Positions 50,064-60,500 of a stretch of 64,000 nucleotides of DNA are shown piece by piece (position 1 is the stretch's first letter; every line of letters begins with the position of its first letter). Source of the DNA: an uncultured delta proteobacterium (GTDB lineage Bacteria > Myxococcota_A > Polyangia > Fen-1088); assembly GCA_963737265.1 (NCBI GenBank), contig CAVTRY010000011.1:320001-384000 (forward strand). The letters are read 5' to 3'. The notes under the pieces are model-generated. The model did not search any database. It was not told the DNA's origin and saw only the letters and a list, made by a program, of their open reading frames with translations. A program made the position numbers and the translations under genes.

Positions 50064-50804
50064 CTAGACCATCCCGCCGTTGACCGAAATTACCTGGCCC
50101 GTAATGTACGAGGCGTCGTCGGAGCACAGGAAACGCACCACGCGCGCGACCTCTTCGGGCAATCCGCAGCGCCCCATGGGGATCATCTTCTTTAGAATGT
50201 CGAGTGGCAGATCCTTGACCATGTCGGTCTGGATGAGCCCGGGCGCCACAGCGTTCACGCGGATGCCGATACGGGCAACTTCCGAGGCCAGGGCGCGCGT
50301 TGCTCCGATGAGCCCCGCCTTGGCGGCGGCGTAATTGGCCTGGCCGCGGTTGCCGATCAGGCCCGACACGGACGAAATGGTAACCACGCTGCCTTTTTTT
50401 TCCGGAATCATCTTTTGGATGACGGGTTTGGTGACATTGAAGAATCCATCGAGCGAGGTGTCGGTGACTTTGTGCCAATCCTGGCTCGACATCATGGCGA
50501 AAAGTCCGTCGGCGACGACGCCGGCATTGTTGACCAGGACGGCGACGCGCTCATGCCGTTCGAAGAGCGGTCCAAGCGCCGCATTCACGGCGGCCTCGTC
50601 GGCGACATCGAAGGGACAGAGCTCGCCCAGGCCACCCTGCGCCTCAATCTGCGCCAGCGTCTGCCGGGCAGTCTCCTCGTTGCTCTTGTAGTTCACGGCG
50701 ACGTGCAAGCCCTGAGCAGCAAGCTCCAGCGCGATTGCGCGTCCAATGCCGCGCCCGGCGCCCGTGACCAGCGCCAGCGCGGGCGCGGAGGTTGTTTCCG
50801 TCAT
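50064..50804 (-). CDS. fabG: 3-oxoacyl-ACP reductase
   Basis: TGAGRGIG, NNAG, YAAAK, VAPGLIQTDM and YITGQVISVNGG. Confidence 0.92.
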   Translation of the reverse strand: MTETTSAPALALVTGAGRGIGRAIALELAAQGLHVAVNYKSNEETARQTLAQIEAQGGLGELCPFDVADEAAVNAALGPLFERHERVAVLVNNAGVVADGLFAMMSSQDWHKVTDTSLDGFFNVTKPVIQKMIPEKKGSVVTISSVSGLIGNRGQANYAAAKAGLIGATRALASEVARIGIRVNAVAPGLIQTDMVKDLPLDILKKMIPMGRCGLPEEVARVVRFLCSDDASYITGQVISVNGGMV

Positions 50805-51269
50805 GCCGAGTCTCCAGTCTCAATGGGTGCGTCGGGCCGATAGGCTTGAATCGAACCGCTGAGCCACAAGAGCCCGTCGGCGTCGGTAACCAAGCCGTCG
50901 AAGGCAAGGTAGTTGGGGGCGCCATGGGAGATGCGCGCGCAACAACGCAACCGCGTGCCCACCGGGATGGTAGCCGCGTACAGCTTGGCTGCCGGGACGC
51001 CCACCAGCAAGCCGCCCGTGGCAGGCTGATTCTTCTGTCGTTCTCGCCATCCCTGCAGGGCTGCCGCGGCTTGCGCGATGAGCTCGATGAGCACCAGGGT
51101 TCGCACTTGGCCGTCCCGCGCGGTTGGCCAGGCGTCGTGGACAACGGCTTCCACCTCGATGGATTCATCATCGACCCGCACCACGGACTCGGCGAGCCGC
51201 ATGCGTGACCGATGGGGAATCAGAATCCTCGATGTTCAAACACGGGTTGGTCGCGTCGCTGGCGTTCAT
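50801..51269 (-). CDS. Hotdog-fold 3-hydroxyacyl-ACP dehydratase (ApeP-like), +1 frameshift at ~51224
   Basis: Removing one base joins MNASDATNPCLNIED to LIPHRSRMRL...IELIAQAAA; ATGA overlaps at both ends. Confidence 0.7.
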
Positions 51270-52114
51270 GGTAGGTGCAAAGGGCTATCGCCGTGCTCCA
51301 CCCAGCGGGGCGGCGTGGCTCCGTTGGCGAGCGGAGCCATGGCGAGACCGACGACGGCGTCGCACATCCGACCTGCTTCGTCCATCAGCCAAAGGTCGCA
51401 CAACAGGCGGCGGGGTTCGACCAACCGGGGAACGACGATACAGCGCCGTTCCCCTTGTGCTGTCGCAAAGGCAATTGTGCGCGCGGCGAAGCCGGTGGGA
51501 TAGGCCACGTAGCCCGCGTAGCGCTGGCCCCAAAGGCACGCCAGGTGCATCGCGCTGTCGAGGAGATACGGGCATCCGGCCAACGACGGATTGGACCTTG
51601 CGGGCTCAGGCGAGCGCACGGTGCCCTCGGCGCCAGTGCAGCCGAGTCGCACCGGCCCGCGCAGGTTGCGGAAGCGCGGTCCAAAGGGAATGAGATCGGA
51701 ATACGCGCGATCGGCCGCTAGCTCGAAATCGTGGGTGAGGGCGGGTGGCAGCGGCGTTTCCGGACAGGGTCCGCCGACCGTGACCATCGCGTGGGTGCGC
51801 GTGCGGTGGATGCCTCCCGCGAGCAGAATGCGCGAGGTCAGCGTGGCCCGCGTACCAGCTGTCCCGTCTTCGAGCGTGACCGCGAAAGCGCAGCGTGGAG
51901 CTTCCGCCGCGGGCAGAAAGCGCGGAAAGGACGCGTTCGTCATCGCCAGCGGTGAAGATAGGGCATCCTCGCGCGTGCTGTTCGCGGTCACGGCCTTGAC
52001 CAAAAGATCGAGAAGCTCGACCGCCGGTACCGTGGCTTTGCCGGCAATGGCGTGGTCTGCCACGTCGGGCAAGTCAGGCAGGGTCGCGAAAAAGACGCGC
52101 GCCACGATCGTCAC
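51266..52114 (-). CDS. Stand-alone type I PKS-like dehydratase domain
   Basis: DHAIAGKATVPA (HxxxGxxxxP), FGPRFRNL and PYLLDSAMH (DxxxH); GTGA-coupled. Confidence 0.75.
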   Translation of the reverse strand: MTIVARVFFATLPDLPDVADHAIAGKATVPAVELLDLLVKAVTANSTREDALSSPLAMTNASFPRFLPAAEAPRCAFAVTLEDGTAGTRATLTSRILLAGGIHRTRTHAMVTVGGPCPETPLPPALTHDFELAADRAYSDLIPFGPRFRNLRGPVRLGCTGAEGTVRSPEPARSNPSLAGCPYLLDSAMHLACLWGQRYAGYVAYPTGFAARTIAFATAQGERRCIVVPRLVEPRRLLCDLWLMDEAGRMCDAVVGLAMAPLANGATPPRWVEHGDSPLHLP

Positions 52115-52590
52115 GTCGGAAAGCGATTGAACACAGCGACGGTAATCGGGTCGACCTCGACCGGACGACCTTTGCGGTTGGTCGCGCAGTGGCGTGTGAA
52201 GCCGCGACAGAGGACGACATTCGACTCGGCATGCGTGATGATGTAGTCGAAGTCGACGCGGACCCGTTGCAGCTCGCGAAAGCGCGTGTGGACCCAAATG
52301 GGATCCTCGTACTCGAGCGGACGGAAGAAGTCGAGCCCGAGTTGGAAGATGGGGTAGGCGTAACCGTCGGCTTCGATCTTGCGAAAGGGAAAACCGGCGT
52401 CGCGCAGCAAGGTGGCGCGGCCGAGCTCGAAAAATCGAAAATAGTTCGCGTGATAGACCACGCCCGTGCGGTCGGTGTCCGCGAAGAGAACGCGATGAGA
52501 CACACGATGCCAGACGAGGCCGCCAGCGGCGTCGCGGACGTAGTGGTCGTTCTTCTCGTAGGGCGTCGGCTGAAAATCTGGAGCGCGCAT
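52111..52590 (-). CDS. YbgC/4HBT-family acyl-thioesterase
   Basis: RVLFADTDRTGVVYHANYFRFFELGR. Confidence 0.88.
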   Translation of the reverse strand: MRAPDFQPTPYEKNDHYVRDAAGGLVWHRVSHRVLFADTDRTGVVYHANYFRFFELGRATLLRDAGFPFRKIEADGYAYPIFQLGLDFFRPLEYEDPIWVHTRFRELQRVRVDFDYIITHAESNVVLCRGFTRHCATNRKGRPVEVDPITVAVFNRFPT

Positions 52591-52595
52591 TTTTC

Positions 52596-53855
52596 TCACA
52601 CACCCCGAAACACGACGCAGCAGTTGGTGCCGCCGAACCCGAAGGAATTGGACAACACGAACTCGTGGCTGTGGGGCCGGCTCGCCGGCACGAAGTCGGC
52701 GCCGTGAAGCTCGGGATCGGGAAGGTAATTGAGCGTGGGCAGGACGACTTGATGCTTGAGCGCCAGGATCGAAAGAACGGCTTCTACGGCCGCCGCGGCA
52801 CCGAGCGAATGGCCAACCTGGCTTTTGTTCGCGGTGATGGGAATTTGCGGCAACCGTGCGCCGAAAATCTCGCGCAGACACGCCACCTCGACCGCGTCGC
52901 CGGTTGGGGTGGAGGTTCCGTGCGCGTTGACGCTGCCGATCGCCGCGGCGTCGATTTCGGCGTCCGCCAAGGCGTCGACGATGGCCCGGACGATGGTCGG
53001 TTGATTGGGGCGGGTGAAGTGGTGCGCGTCCGACGTCCAGCCGATGCCGGCGATCTCGGCGCTCGCGCTTAGGCCATGCGCGGAAACGACTTCGTCGGCA
53101 GCCAGCACCACCGCCGCTGCTCCTTCGGCCAGCACGAACCCCCGGCGATCGAGGCTGAACGGTCGCGATGCCTGCCTGGGGTCGGCGAAGGCCCGATCGG
53201 TCGGGCGCAGTTTGAAGCTGGCGTTCATGTTGGCGAAGCCGAGCACGATCTCGGTGACGAGAGGCATTTCGACGCCGCCAACGATGGCGACGTCCACATC
53301 CCCATCGCGAACCATGCGCGCACCCAAGGCGATGGCGTGGTTGCCCGACGCACACGCACCCTGGGGCGAAAAAATAGGGCCGGTGAATCCCAAGACCGCG
53401 CCCGCCTTGCCGGCTGGAACGTTGGCGCAGATGTTGGGCAAGAGAAACGGGCTAACGCCGTTGGCGCCGATGCTCTGGAAGCGCAGGAATGCCTCGCGCA
53501 GGCAATCCGATCCATTGATTGCCGATCCGATGAGACAAGCGGTACGCCGACCGATTTTGCCGTCCATCGCGAGCCTGGCGTCGGCGAGCGCATCCTGACA
53601 AATCGCGACGGTCGCAAGGACGTAGGCTGCGTTCCAATTGTGCCGCTCCTTGGGCGTATCGAAGGCGTGGCGCGCCTTGTTTCGCTCCGGAATCTCTCCG
53701 ACGATCATGGGTGAACCGACCGAACAGCGCGAAAGCTCGCGAAACCCCGCTTCGTTGGCGACCGCGCGACGCCAGGTCGTCTCCGTGTCCGCGCCGAGAG
53801 CGGTGGCGGCCGCCTGGCCGACAACGAAGACACGACGATTTCTAGGTGATTTCAT
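52596..53855 (-). CDS. fabF: Beta-ketoacyl-ACP synthase II
   Basis: Cys-His-His triad: GACASG, NAHGTST, KSQVGHSLGAA; also SNSFGFGG. Confidence 0.9.
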   Translation of the reverse strand: MKSPRNRRVFVVGQAAATALGADTETTWRRAVANEAGFRELSRCSVGSPMIVGEIPERNKARHAFDTPKERHNWNAAYVLATVAICQDALADARLAMDGKIGRRTACLIGSAINGSDCLREAFLRFQSIGANGVSPFLLPNICANVPAGKAGAVLGFTGPIFSPQGACASGNHAIALGARMVRDGDVDVAIVGGVEMPLVTEIVLGFANMNASFKLRPTDRAFADPRQASRPFSLDRRGFVLAEGAAAVVLAADEVVSAHGLSASAEIAGIGWTSDAHHFTRPNQPTIVRAIVDALADAEIDAAAIGSVNAHGTSTPTGDAVEVACLREIFGARLPQIPITANKSQVGHSLGAAAAVEAVLSILALKHQVVLPTLNYLPDPELHGADFVPASRPHSHEFVLSNSFGFGGTNCCVVFRGV

Positions 53856-54050
53856 GCAAGGGTTGGGTTGTGGGCCGCCGCCAGACTGGCTACGCGGCGC
53901 GGACCAACTTGCGACAAGCTCGCCCGCTTGCCGATTCTATGGCACGCCATCAACCGATTCCGCAAGGTCTGCGTGTGGCGGAAGCGCGCGCGATTGACGG
54001 GAAGAAAGCGGGCGTGGTAGTCCGAGGTCGCACGTCTCGAAGTGCTGACA

Positions 54051-54308
54051 ATGGATCACACCACGGCTTACCAGCTCATCGTCGAGTACCTGTCGCAGCG
54101 GTTTGGCGTTCCAGTCGAGAAAATCGCGCCTGAATCGAAGATGTTCGACGATCTCGGTCTCGACAGCATCGACGCGCTCGACATGCTGGCGCTTCTCGAC
54201 AAACAGTACCGCGTCAAGGTGAACGAGCAGGCCCGGAAAATTCGCACGGTCGAGGACGCGGTCCAGTACGTGCTGGCGAATCTGCCGGAGAACTCCGCGC
54301 CGCCCTAA
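54051..54308 (+). CDS. Acyl carrier protein
   Basis: DDLGLDSIDAL phosphopantetheine site and IRTVEDAV. Confidence 0.9.
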   Translation: MDHTTAYQLIVEYLSQRFGVPVEKIAPESKMFDDLGLDSIDALDMLALLDKQYRVKVNEQARKIRTVEDAVQYVLANLPENSAPP

Positions 54309-56041
54309 TGTCTGGCCTGCGACCGACGCTGGAGTTTCGTCGGGGCGAGGAGCTTGTCGCGCACGCCGTGGCAGCGCGGGACGCGATCTGGTTTCAGGGT
54401 CACTTTCCGGGGACGCCGTTGCTGCCAGGCGTGGCACTGCTGGCGCTGGTCGACCAAACGCTGTCGCTCTTTTGGGGCGAGGCCGGCGCGCCTCCGGTTG
54501 CGGTGTGCGCGTTCCGTCGCATACGGTTTCGGCAGCGGGTCGTGCCCGGAACAAATCTGCGGGTCCGCGCGCGGCGTGTGCAAGCCAATCGGATTCGCTT
54601 TGCGGTCGAGGTCGCCGGACTGCCGGCCTGCACCGGCGAGTGCGAGGTAGTGACGCCCGCAGCCACGAGCCACGCTCCTCTCGCTCACGGGCTGTACGCG
54701 CCGTGGGCTTTGCGCGCGGACCGAGGCGAGACCGCCTTTTCCTCCGACGGCACGACATTCGGTACCGTGGCGGCGCGCGCGGCTGGATTGTGCTTGCTCG
54801 CGGTGCCGAGCGGGCCGCCTGTCCGCGTTTGCGTGGCATCCGAGGACAGAGTCGACGTCGCCGCGGCCGTGTTGGCGGCCTTGGCAGGCGGAATTGAAGC
54901 GGTATTTCCGTCCGCTCTGGCGCCAGAGGCGCTGCTGGCCACGTTCGCTGCCCGCCGTTTTTCCCACTGGATTGGGCCTTTCGAATGGTCGGCCAACACG
55001 GCCGGCGTTTCGGCTGTTCGAATCGACACGGCCGTGCTGTCCGGGTCCTGGCGCTCCCTGAGCTTAGATGAGCTAGACGTTCCGCGCGTGTTCCTGCAGA
55101 CCGGCGGCTCGACCGGCCAGCCGCGGCTTTGGCAAAAGACCGCCCGCAATCTCCTCGGCGAGGTGTTCTTCCACGTGCATGGTTTGCAAGTCGGGCCGGG
55201 CGACCACGTCCTTGCAACGGTCCCACCGCACCACATCTACGGGTTGCTGTTCTCGGTCCTGCTACCGCTGTTTTCTGGCGCCACGGTCGAACGCGTTTCG
55301 CCGTTTTTTCCGCGTGAAATCGCCGAGCACATCGAGAAAACGGCCGCAACTATTCTGGTCAGCACGCCGACGCACCTGCGAGCGCTGGCCGCGGCACCGC
55401 CGTCGACACATCATCTTCGGCTGGTGCTGTCGTCCGGCGCGCCGCTTGCGGAGGCGGATTCGGCCGGCTTTTTCGCGCGCACCGGGTTGTGGCCATTGGA
55501 AGTCTACGGATCGACGGAGACGGGTGGCATCGCCGTGCGCCGGCAGGATCTCGCTGATTCCGCCTGGGCGCCGTTGCCGGGCGTGGATTGCCGCGCTGAG
55601 GGCGAGGCACTTGCCGTGCGCTCGCCGTATGTGTCGAGCGGCACCCGGCGGGATGCCGACGGATTCTTTCGCGTGGCGGATCTCGCCAACATTCGCCCCG
55701 ACGGTCGGTTCGACTTGCTTGGGCGCGACGACGGCGTGGTCAAGGTTGGAGGGAAGCGGGTTGAGCTGCCAGCCATCGAAAAGGCGATCCTCTCGCTCAA
55801 CAATGTCGGCGATGCCGTGGTGATGGCGCTTCCGTCTGAATCGGGCCGCGGTCAGGAAATCGTGGCGCTGGTGGTGTCTCGGCGCCCTGCCGAAGAAATC
55901 CTACCCGAGCTGCGCGCCCGGCTGCCGCCACCGTCGTGGCCGCGCCGGTTGCGATGTGTCGACTCGATTCCGACGACGCCTTCAGGGAAGCGGGATCGCG
56001 CCGCCATTTTGCGCATTCTGGACGCGATAGTGGGCGATTAG
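54308..56041 (+). CDS. ApeI-like dehydratase fused to an AMP-dependent acyl ligase
   Basis: N-terminal WFQGHFPGTPLLPGV; C-terminal QTGGSTGQPR, HHIYGL, YGSTETGG, GRDDGVVKVGGKR and PTTPSGK. Confidence 0.85.
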   Translation: MSGLRPTLEFRRGEELVAHAVAARDAIWFQGHFPGTPLLPGVALLALVDQTLSLFWGEAGAPPVAVCAFRRIRFRQRVVPGTNLRVRARRVQANRIRFAVEVAGLPACTGECEVVTPAATSHAPLAHGLYAPWALRADRGETAFSSDGTTFGTVAARAAGLCLLAVPSGPPVRVCVASEDRVDVAAAVLAALAGGIEAVFPSALAPEALLATFAARRFSHWIGPFEWSANTAGVSAVRIDTAVLSGSWRSLSLDELDVPRVFLQTGGSTGQPRLWQKTARNLLGEVFFHVHGLQVGPGDHVLATVPPHHIYGLLFSVLLPLFSGATVERVSPFFPREIAEHIEKTAATILVSTPTHLRALAAAPPSTHHLRLVLSSGAPLAEADSAGFFARTGLWPLEVYGSTETGGIAVRRQDLADSAWAPLPGVDCRAEGEALAVRSPYVSSGTRRDADGFFRVADLANIRPDGRFDLLGRDDGVVKVGGKRVELPAIEKAILSLNNVGDAVVMALPSESGRGQEIVALVVSRRPAEEILPELRARLPPPSWPRRLRCVDSIPTTPSGKRDRAAILRILDAIVGD

Positions 56042-56056
56042 GAAGGCGCGCCGGAC

Positions 56057-56437
56057 TTGCTCGTTCGCCCCGATGCCGACAAATCCTTCCGCCAGAGACT
56101 GCGGCGCACACGCTTGGTGCAATCAGCGTTGCGCGAGCCCATCGATCCATCGCTGTTTGGGCGACCACCAGCGCGAGTCATCGCTGGCCTGATCCTGATC
56201 GGCGCAAGCTACCTAGTCGGTTGGCCCGCCATCGCCGCGTTGGGCGCGATCGCCGCTTGGACAGGTCGCCCCAAGCTCCTCTTGGGCGGACCTGCTCTCT
56301 ACGGGCTATCGTGGATCGTATTCGCGGTTGGCGTTGCCTTCGTGGGAAGCAGGTCCTTGCACTCGGGACGCGCCTTCGGGTTGCTGTTGATACGACGGTT
56401 GGCCGAAAAGTACCTGCCTGGACAAGAAGGCCGCTAA
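56057..56437 (+). CDS. Small membrane protein
   Basis: Two to three hydrophobic segments (SYLVGWPAI, GGPALYGLS) directly after the ligase. Confidence 0.6.
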   Translation: MLVRPDADKSFRQRLRRTRLVQSALREPIDPSLFGRPPARVIAGLILIGASYLVGWPAIAALGAIAAWTGRPKLLLGGPALYGLSWIVFAVGVAFVGSRSLHSGRAFGLLLIRRLAEKYLPGQEGR

Positions 56438-56441
56438 GATA

Positions 56442-56457
56442 TGGCAGCGAAATTGCT
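56442..56457 (+). promoter_or_regulatory. Probable sigma54 promoter
   Basis: TGGCAGCGAAATTGCT (GG-N10-GC with TTGC) 37 bp before the ATG at 56495. Confidence 0.55.
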
Positions 56458-56494
56458 TCGTGTTGACAAAGAGAATTCGGTGAGGGAACGATTT

Positions 56495-57502
56495 ATGAAA
56501 AGAAGAAGTTCGATCTTGGTGTCCATGGTTGTGCTCGCTCACCTGTCGCCCGCTCAGGCCCAGCCGCCATCAGTGGCGGTGATGCCCGTTCAGGGCGTGA
56601 ATCTTACTGAGGGGCAGGGCGACGCCATCGGTGTCCTCTTCGCCAATGCCTTCGCTCGCGAGGCCAACGTCACCGTGGCTTCGCCAGTCGAAACCAAGCA
56701 AACCCTGCAGCAGAGCAAGACGTCGCTGGCGGCTGCGAGGCAATTGGGGGCCTTCGAGTACATCGAGTTGAGGGCCATCCAACTTGGCACGAGAGTCACC
56801 GTGGCCGGTATCCGCTACACGAAGGACGGCCGTGAGCTATATCGCGCGGAAACCGCCGCGCCGAGCCTGGACGACATGGAGATGGCAACCGCCCGGCTGG
56901 CGCGCGCTCTCGCGTGGCGGCAGGCAATCGTCGGCGAACAGGTCACCGGTGTCGCCGGAGCTTCCGTTCCGGCCATGCCTCCCGAGATGAAGTCATACCC
57001 AAACGCGTCTGGCATCAAAACGGGACTTATATTTCCCATGGCCTCGGGCAGATCCATTTCTCCGATGATGTCGCTGCAATTCGACGGGCGGGTTGGAACC
57101 AGGGACTACTTCATTGAGTATGGCGCTGGCGCGGCTGTTCCCACCGATACCGAATCCAATTCCAATACCATCCAGATGGGTGGGGTATTCGCAGAAATCG
57201 GTGGAAGCGTCTACTTGTCCGATGGCAGTATCGCTCCCTATGTCGGTGGCGGCGTTTCGCCGCGAATTTGGGGAGCCACCAATTCGAGCAGTTCCGACGG
57301 GGGAGGTGCCCGGTGCGCTCTTTTTGGCCATTTGGGACTTACCTTTACGCGCGATATTCGAGCAAGAATCTACGCCGAGTTGCGTGTGTCCCAGAACATC
57401 ATTGGATTCTCAAGCCAGGTCACGAACTCGGACAATATTTCGACGCCCACGGGGAGCTATTATCCAACGGAGCTCGCAATGCAATTTGGAATTGGTTGGT
57501 AG
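56495..57502 (+). CDS. Secreted protein with C-terminal outer-membrane beta-barrel
   Basis: Signal peptide AQA, alpha/beta N-domain, beta-strands (SIAPYVGGG) and terminal FGIGW. Confidence 0.65.
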   Translation: MKRRSSILVSMVVLAHLSPAQAQPPSVAVMPVQGVNLTEGQGDAIGVLFANAFAREANVTVASPVETKQTLQQSKTSLAAARQLGAFEYIELRAIQLGTRVTVAGIRYTKDGRELYRAETAAPSLDDMEMATARLARALAWRQAIVGEQVTGVAGASVPAMPPEMKSYPNASGIKTGLIFPMASGRSISPMMSLQFDGRVGTRDYFIEYGAGAAVPTDTESNSNTIQMGGVFAEIGGSVYLSDGSIAPYVGGGVSPRIWGATNSSSSDGGGARCALFGHLGLTFTRDIRARIYAELRVSQNIIGFSSQVTNSDNISTPTGSYYPTELAMQFGIGW

Positions 57503-57593
57503 CCTCGGCCGAGCACGCACGCCCGCGTGCAACCGCCCCGATGGTCTATGGTCAACGATCTTGGGGTCGCGGAGGGCGACCACCGCCAGTGTG

Positions 57594-60500
57594 CTATTGC
57601 TTGCGCGCTCGGCGCCGGCCACGCCAGAACAGGGCGATGGCGCCCAGCGCGAGCGAAAAAGTCAACGTTGTCCCCAGTCCAGGGGCTGCTTGCCCGAGCG
57701 AACAACCGCAACCCGAATTGCGCAGGTGCGTGGCCCCGCCAGTACCCGTCGAGGTGCCCGCTAGCGTACCCCCCGAGCCACCGGTCGGAATACCTCCCAA
57801 TCCGCCACCCGCGCCGCCCTTTCCACCGCCGACTCCGCCGGTGGCATAGGCGCCACCAGCAGCATGGGTGCTGCCGCCAGTGACGACCCATGTGGTGCCG
57901 CCAGAGGCGATGAAGGTGGTTCCGCCCACAACATAAGTGGTGCCGGTGATATTGGTGCCGCCAGTGGGATAGACATAGCCGCCAGTGGGATAGACATAGC
58001 CGCCAGTGGGATAGACATAGCCGCCAGTGGGATAGACATAGCCGCCAGTGGGATAGACATAGCCGCCAGTGGGATAGACATAGCCACCGCTGCCGCCCGT
58101 ATTGCAGTAAGGGCTGTATCCGGAAACAAAGCACGTGCCCATTCCGTCGCACACCGAGCACCCTCCGCACGAGCTTCCGTAGGCAGGGTAGGCGCACGCG
58201 CCGACGCCGTCACAAGTGGCGCCGCAAACTCCAGTGCTTAGGCCGCATTCCTTCTCCGGATCGGTGCCGGCCTTGTAGGCCGAGCATCTGCCGGCGAGGC
58301 CAGCCTGGTCGCACGACAGGCATTGTCCGTTGCAGGCGGTGTTGCAACACACGCCGTCCGCGCAGAAGCCCGACGCGCAGGTGCTGGCGCTCGTACAGGC
58401 CGTGCCGTTCATGGTCTTGCAGGCGCCCTTGCCGTCGCATGCCTGGCCGCTCGAACAGCTACCCGCAACTTCGGTGCCGGCCGCCGCCGCCACGCATGTC
58501 CCTTCTTGACCGCTGACGTTGCACGATTGGCAAGCCCCCGCGCAGGTCGCCGATCCGCAGCACACTCCCTCGACGCAATTGCCGGAGGCACACAGGGATG
58601 CGGAAGCGGACGAGCATCCCTCGCCATTGCCGAGGTTGGTAACCGAGTATTCCCAGGTCTCGTCGGTGCTAAGGCCATTGGTGTTGCCGCCGTACATGAC
58701 GACAACACCGCGGCCCTTGTCGAATGCCAAAGCGGCGTTGGCGCGCGACGAAGGAACGGTCGCGAGATTGCGCACGTACCAGGTCGGCCCCTTGGCATCC
58801 AGTTCCCAGGTCTCACGGCTGGCTGCGGACGAAATCACCGGATTGACGGCGTCGGTGTAGAAAACCTCCCGTCGTCGGACGGAGTCATAGGTCACATAAG
58901 CCGACGTGTTGTAGTCGAGATAGTCGCCCGAGTCACGCAACACCCAACCGGTCGAGGTGGGATCCCACTCCCAGAACGCACTGCCGCTGGTGCCGCCGAT
59001 GTAGGGGGGTAGTTTGCTCGTCGTCGTGCCATCGAACAGGAAAATCTTCTGTCTGCCTTCGTCGTACGCCATGATCGGGAACTCTCGGGTCGAAGGAGAG
59101 GACGAGGTGGCCGGTGGCGTTCGGTTTGTCCACGTGGACTTGGAACCATCCCACTCCCAGACATCGTTGCGCAGCGGATCTTGGTAGATGCCGGTGGTTG
59201 GGAAACCAGGGTAGCCATAAATCGAATTGTTCTGGGTCATGCCGCCGAACAGAAGGATCTTGTTTCGAGCGGTGTCCGTGACCATGCCGTGGCCGAACCT
59301 GGCATCTGGCATGATAGTCGGAAAGAGCTGCGTCCACTTGCGCGTCGTGGAATTCCATTCCCACGTGTCGCTGTAGACCGAGGCGGAATACGAGCTGTAG
59401 ATATTTTGGCCGCCGAACAGAATAAGAGACTTGCGTGCTGGATCGTAGGCAAGGCCGGCGTCCATGCGGGCAGGCGGTTTTGCGTCGGCCGTGACCTCGG
59501 ACCACTTGGTGCCGTCCCACTCCCACAAATTGTCGTGAACGACGTACGTGTTGTCGAGGCCGCCGAATAGATAGACCTTGCCGGTGTCGGGGCAATAGGC
59601 CATGGCGTGATCGGTAAGACGGCCGGGCGAATTGAGCGCAGCCGAGCGATTGGTGAAGGCAGGCGTGACGGGCTCGAGCTCCCATACCTCTTTCGAGGCG
59701 ACGTTGGTGTAATAGCCGCCCGGGCCGACGATGATCGGGGGAAGAATCGGCAGGTAGGTGACAGCGCCGCCAGCGCCGCCGTAGTAATAGCCGCCCGTGC
59801 CGTAGCCGCCGAAGTACGTCGTGGAATTGACCATCCCTGCCACCAATTCCAATCGTCCAGCGCTGTCGTTCGAAACCAGCGAGGCATAGATGCGCGGGCT
59901 GGGCAGGTTGGCCTCGGTGCCGGTCAGCCTCTGCGTCCACGCCGCGGTCGTGGGATCCCAATCCCACAAATCGTCGAGGTAGCCGCCGGTGTTGACGTCC
60001 CAACCGCCAAACACGACCAACTTGCCGCGACTACCTTCGAAGGCGGCGGCCTGGCCCCAGCGCGGGCTCGGCTTGGTGCCGGTCGCTGTCCGCTCATTCC
60101 ACGTCCCCGCCGCGGGATCCCATTCCCACGTGTCTTGCTTGGGAATTCCGTCGACAGTTGCGTCGTCCTTTTGCATGCCGCCAAAGAGCACGGCGAGATT
60201 CCGCGTGCTGTCCCACACCATGGAGGCGTCGTATCGCCCGGCCGGGCCAGCGGTCACTGTTTGCTGCGACCACGCGCCGGTCGTGGCGTCCCATTCCCAC
60301 GTGTCGCCGAAGGAAAGCGACATGCTAAGCCCGGAGGTGTCGCCGTTGGTGCTGCGACCGCCGCCGAAAAGCAGAACCTTGCCCGTGCTCTTCTCAAAGA
60401 CCATGCTGCCCTGGCAACGTGAGCTCGGTACCGTGCCGGCGGTGGTCCGATCCGTCCACGCTCCGGTCGTGGGATCCCACTCCCAGGTGTCCTGATAGTT

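Noticed and set aside
3191-51224. Programmed frameshifting or phase variation as the cause of the split genes
   Set aside because: No slippery heptamers or homopolymer tracts at the sites. All are +1 insertions in unrelated genes, which fits sequencing error better.
57957-58082. Possible CRISPR array
   Set aside because: The repeats are contiguous with no spacers, in frame in a CDS, and no cas genes are present.
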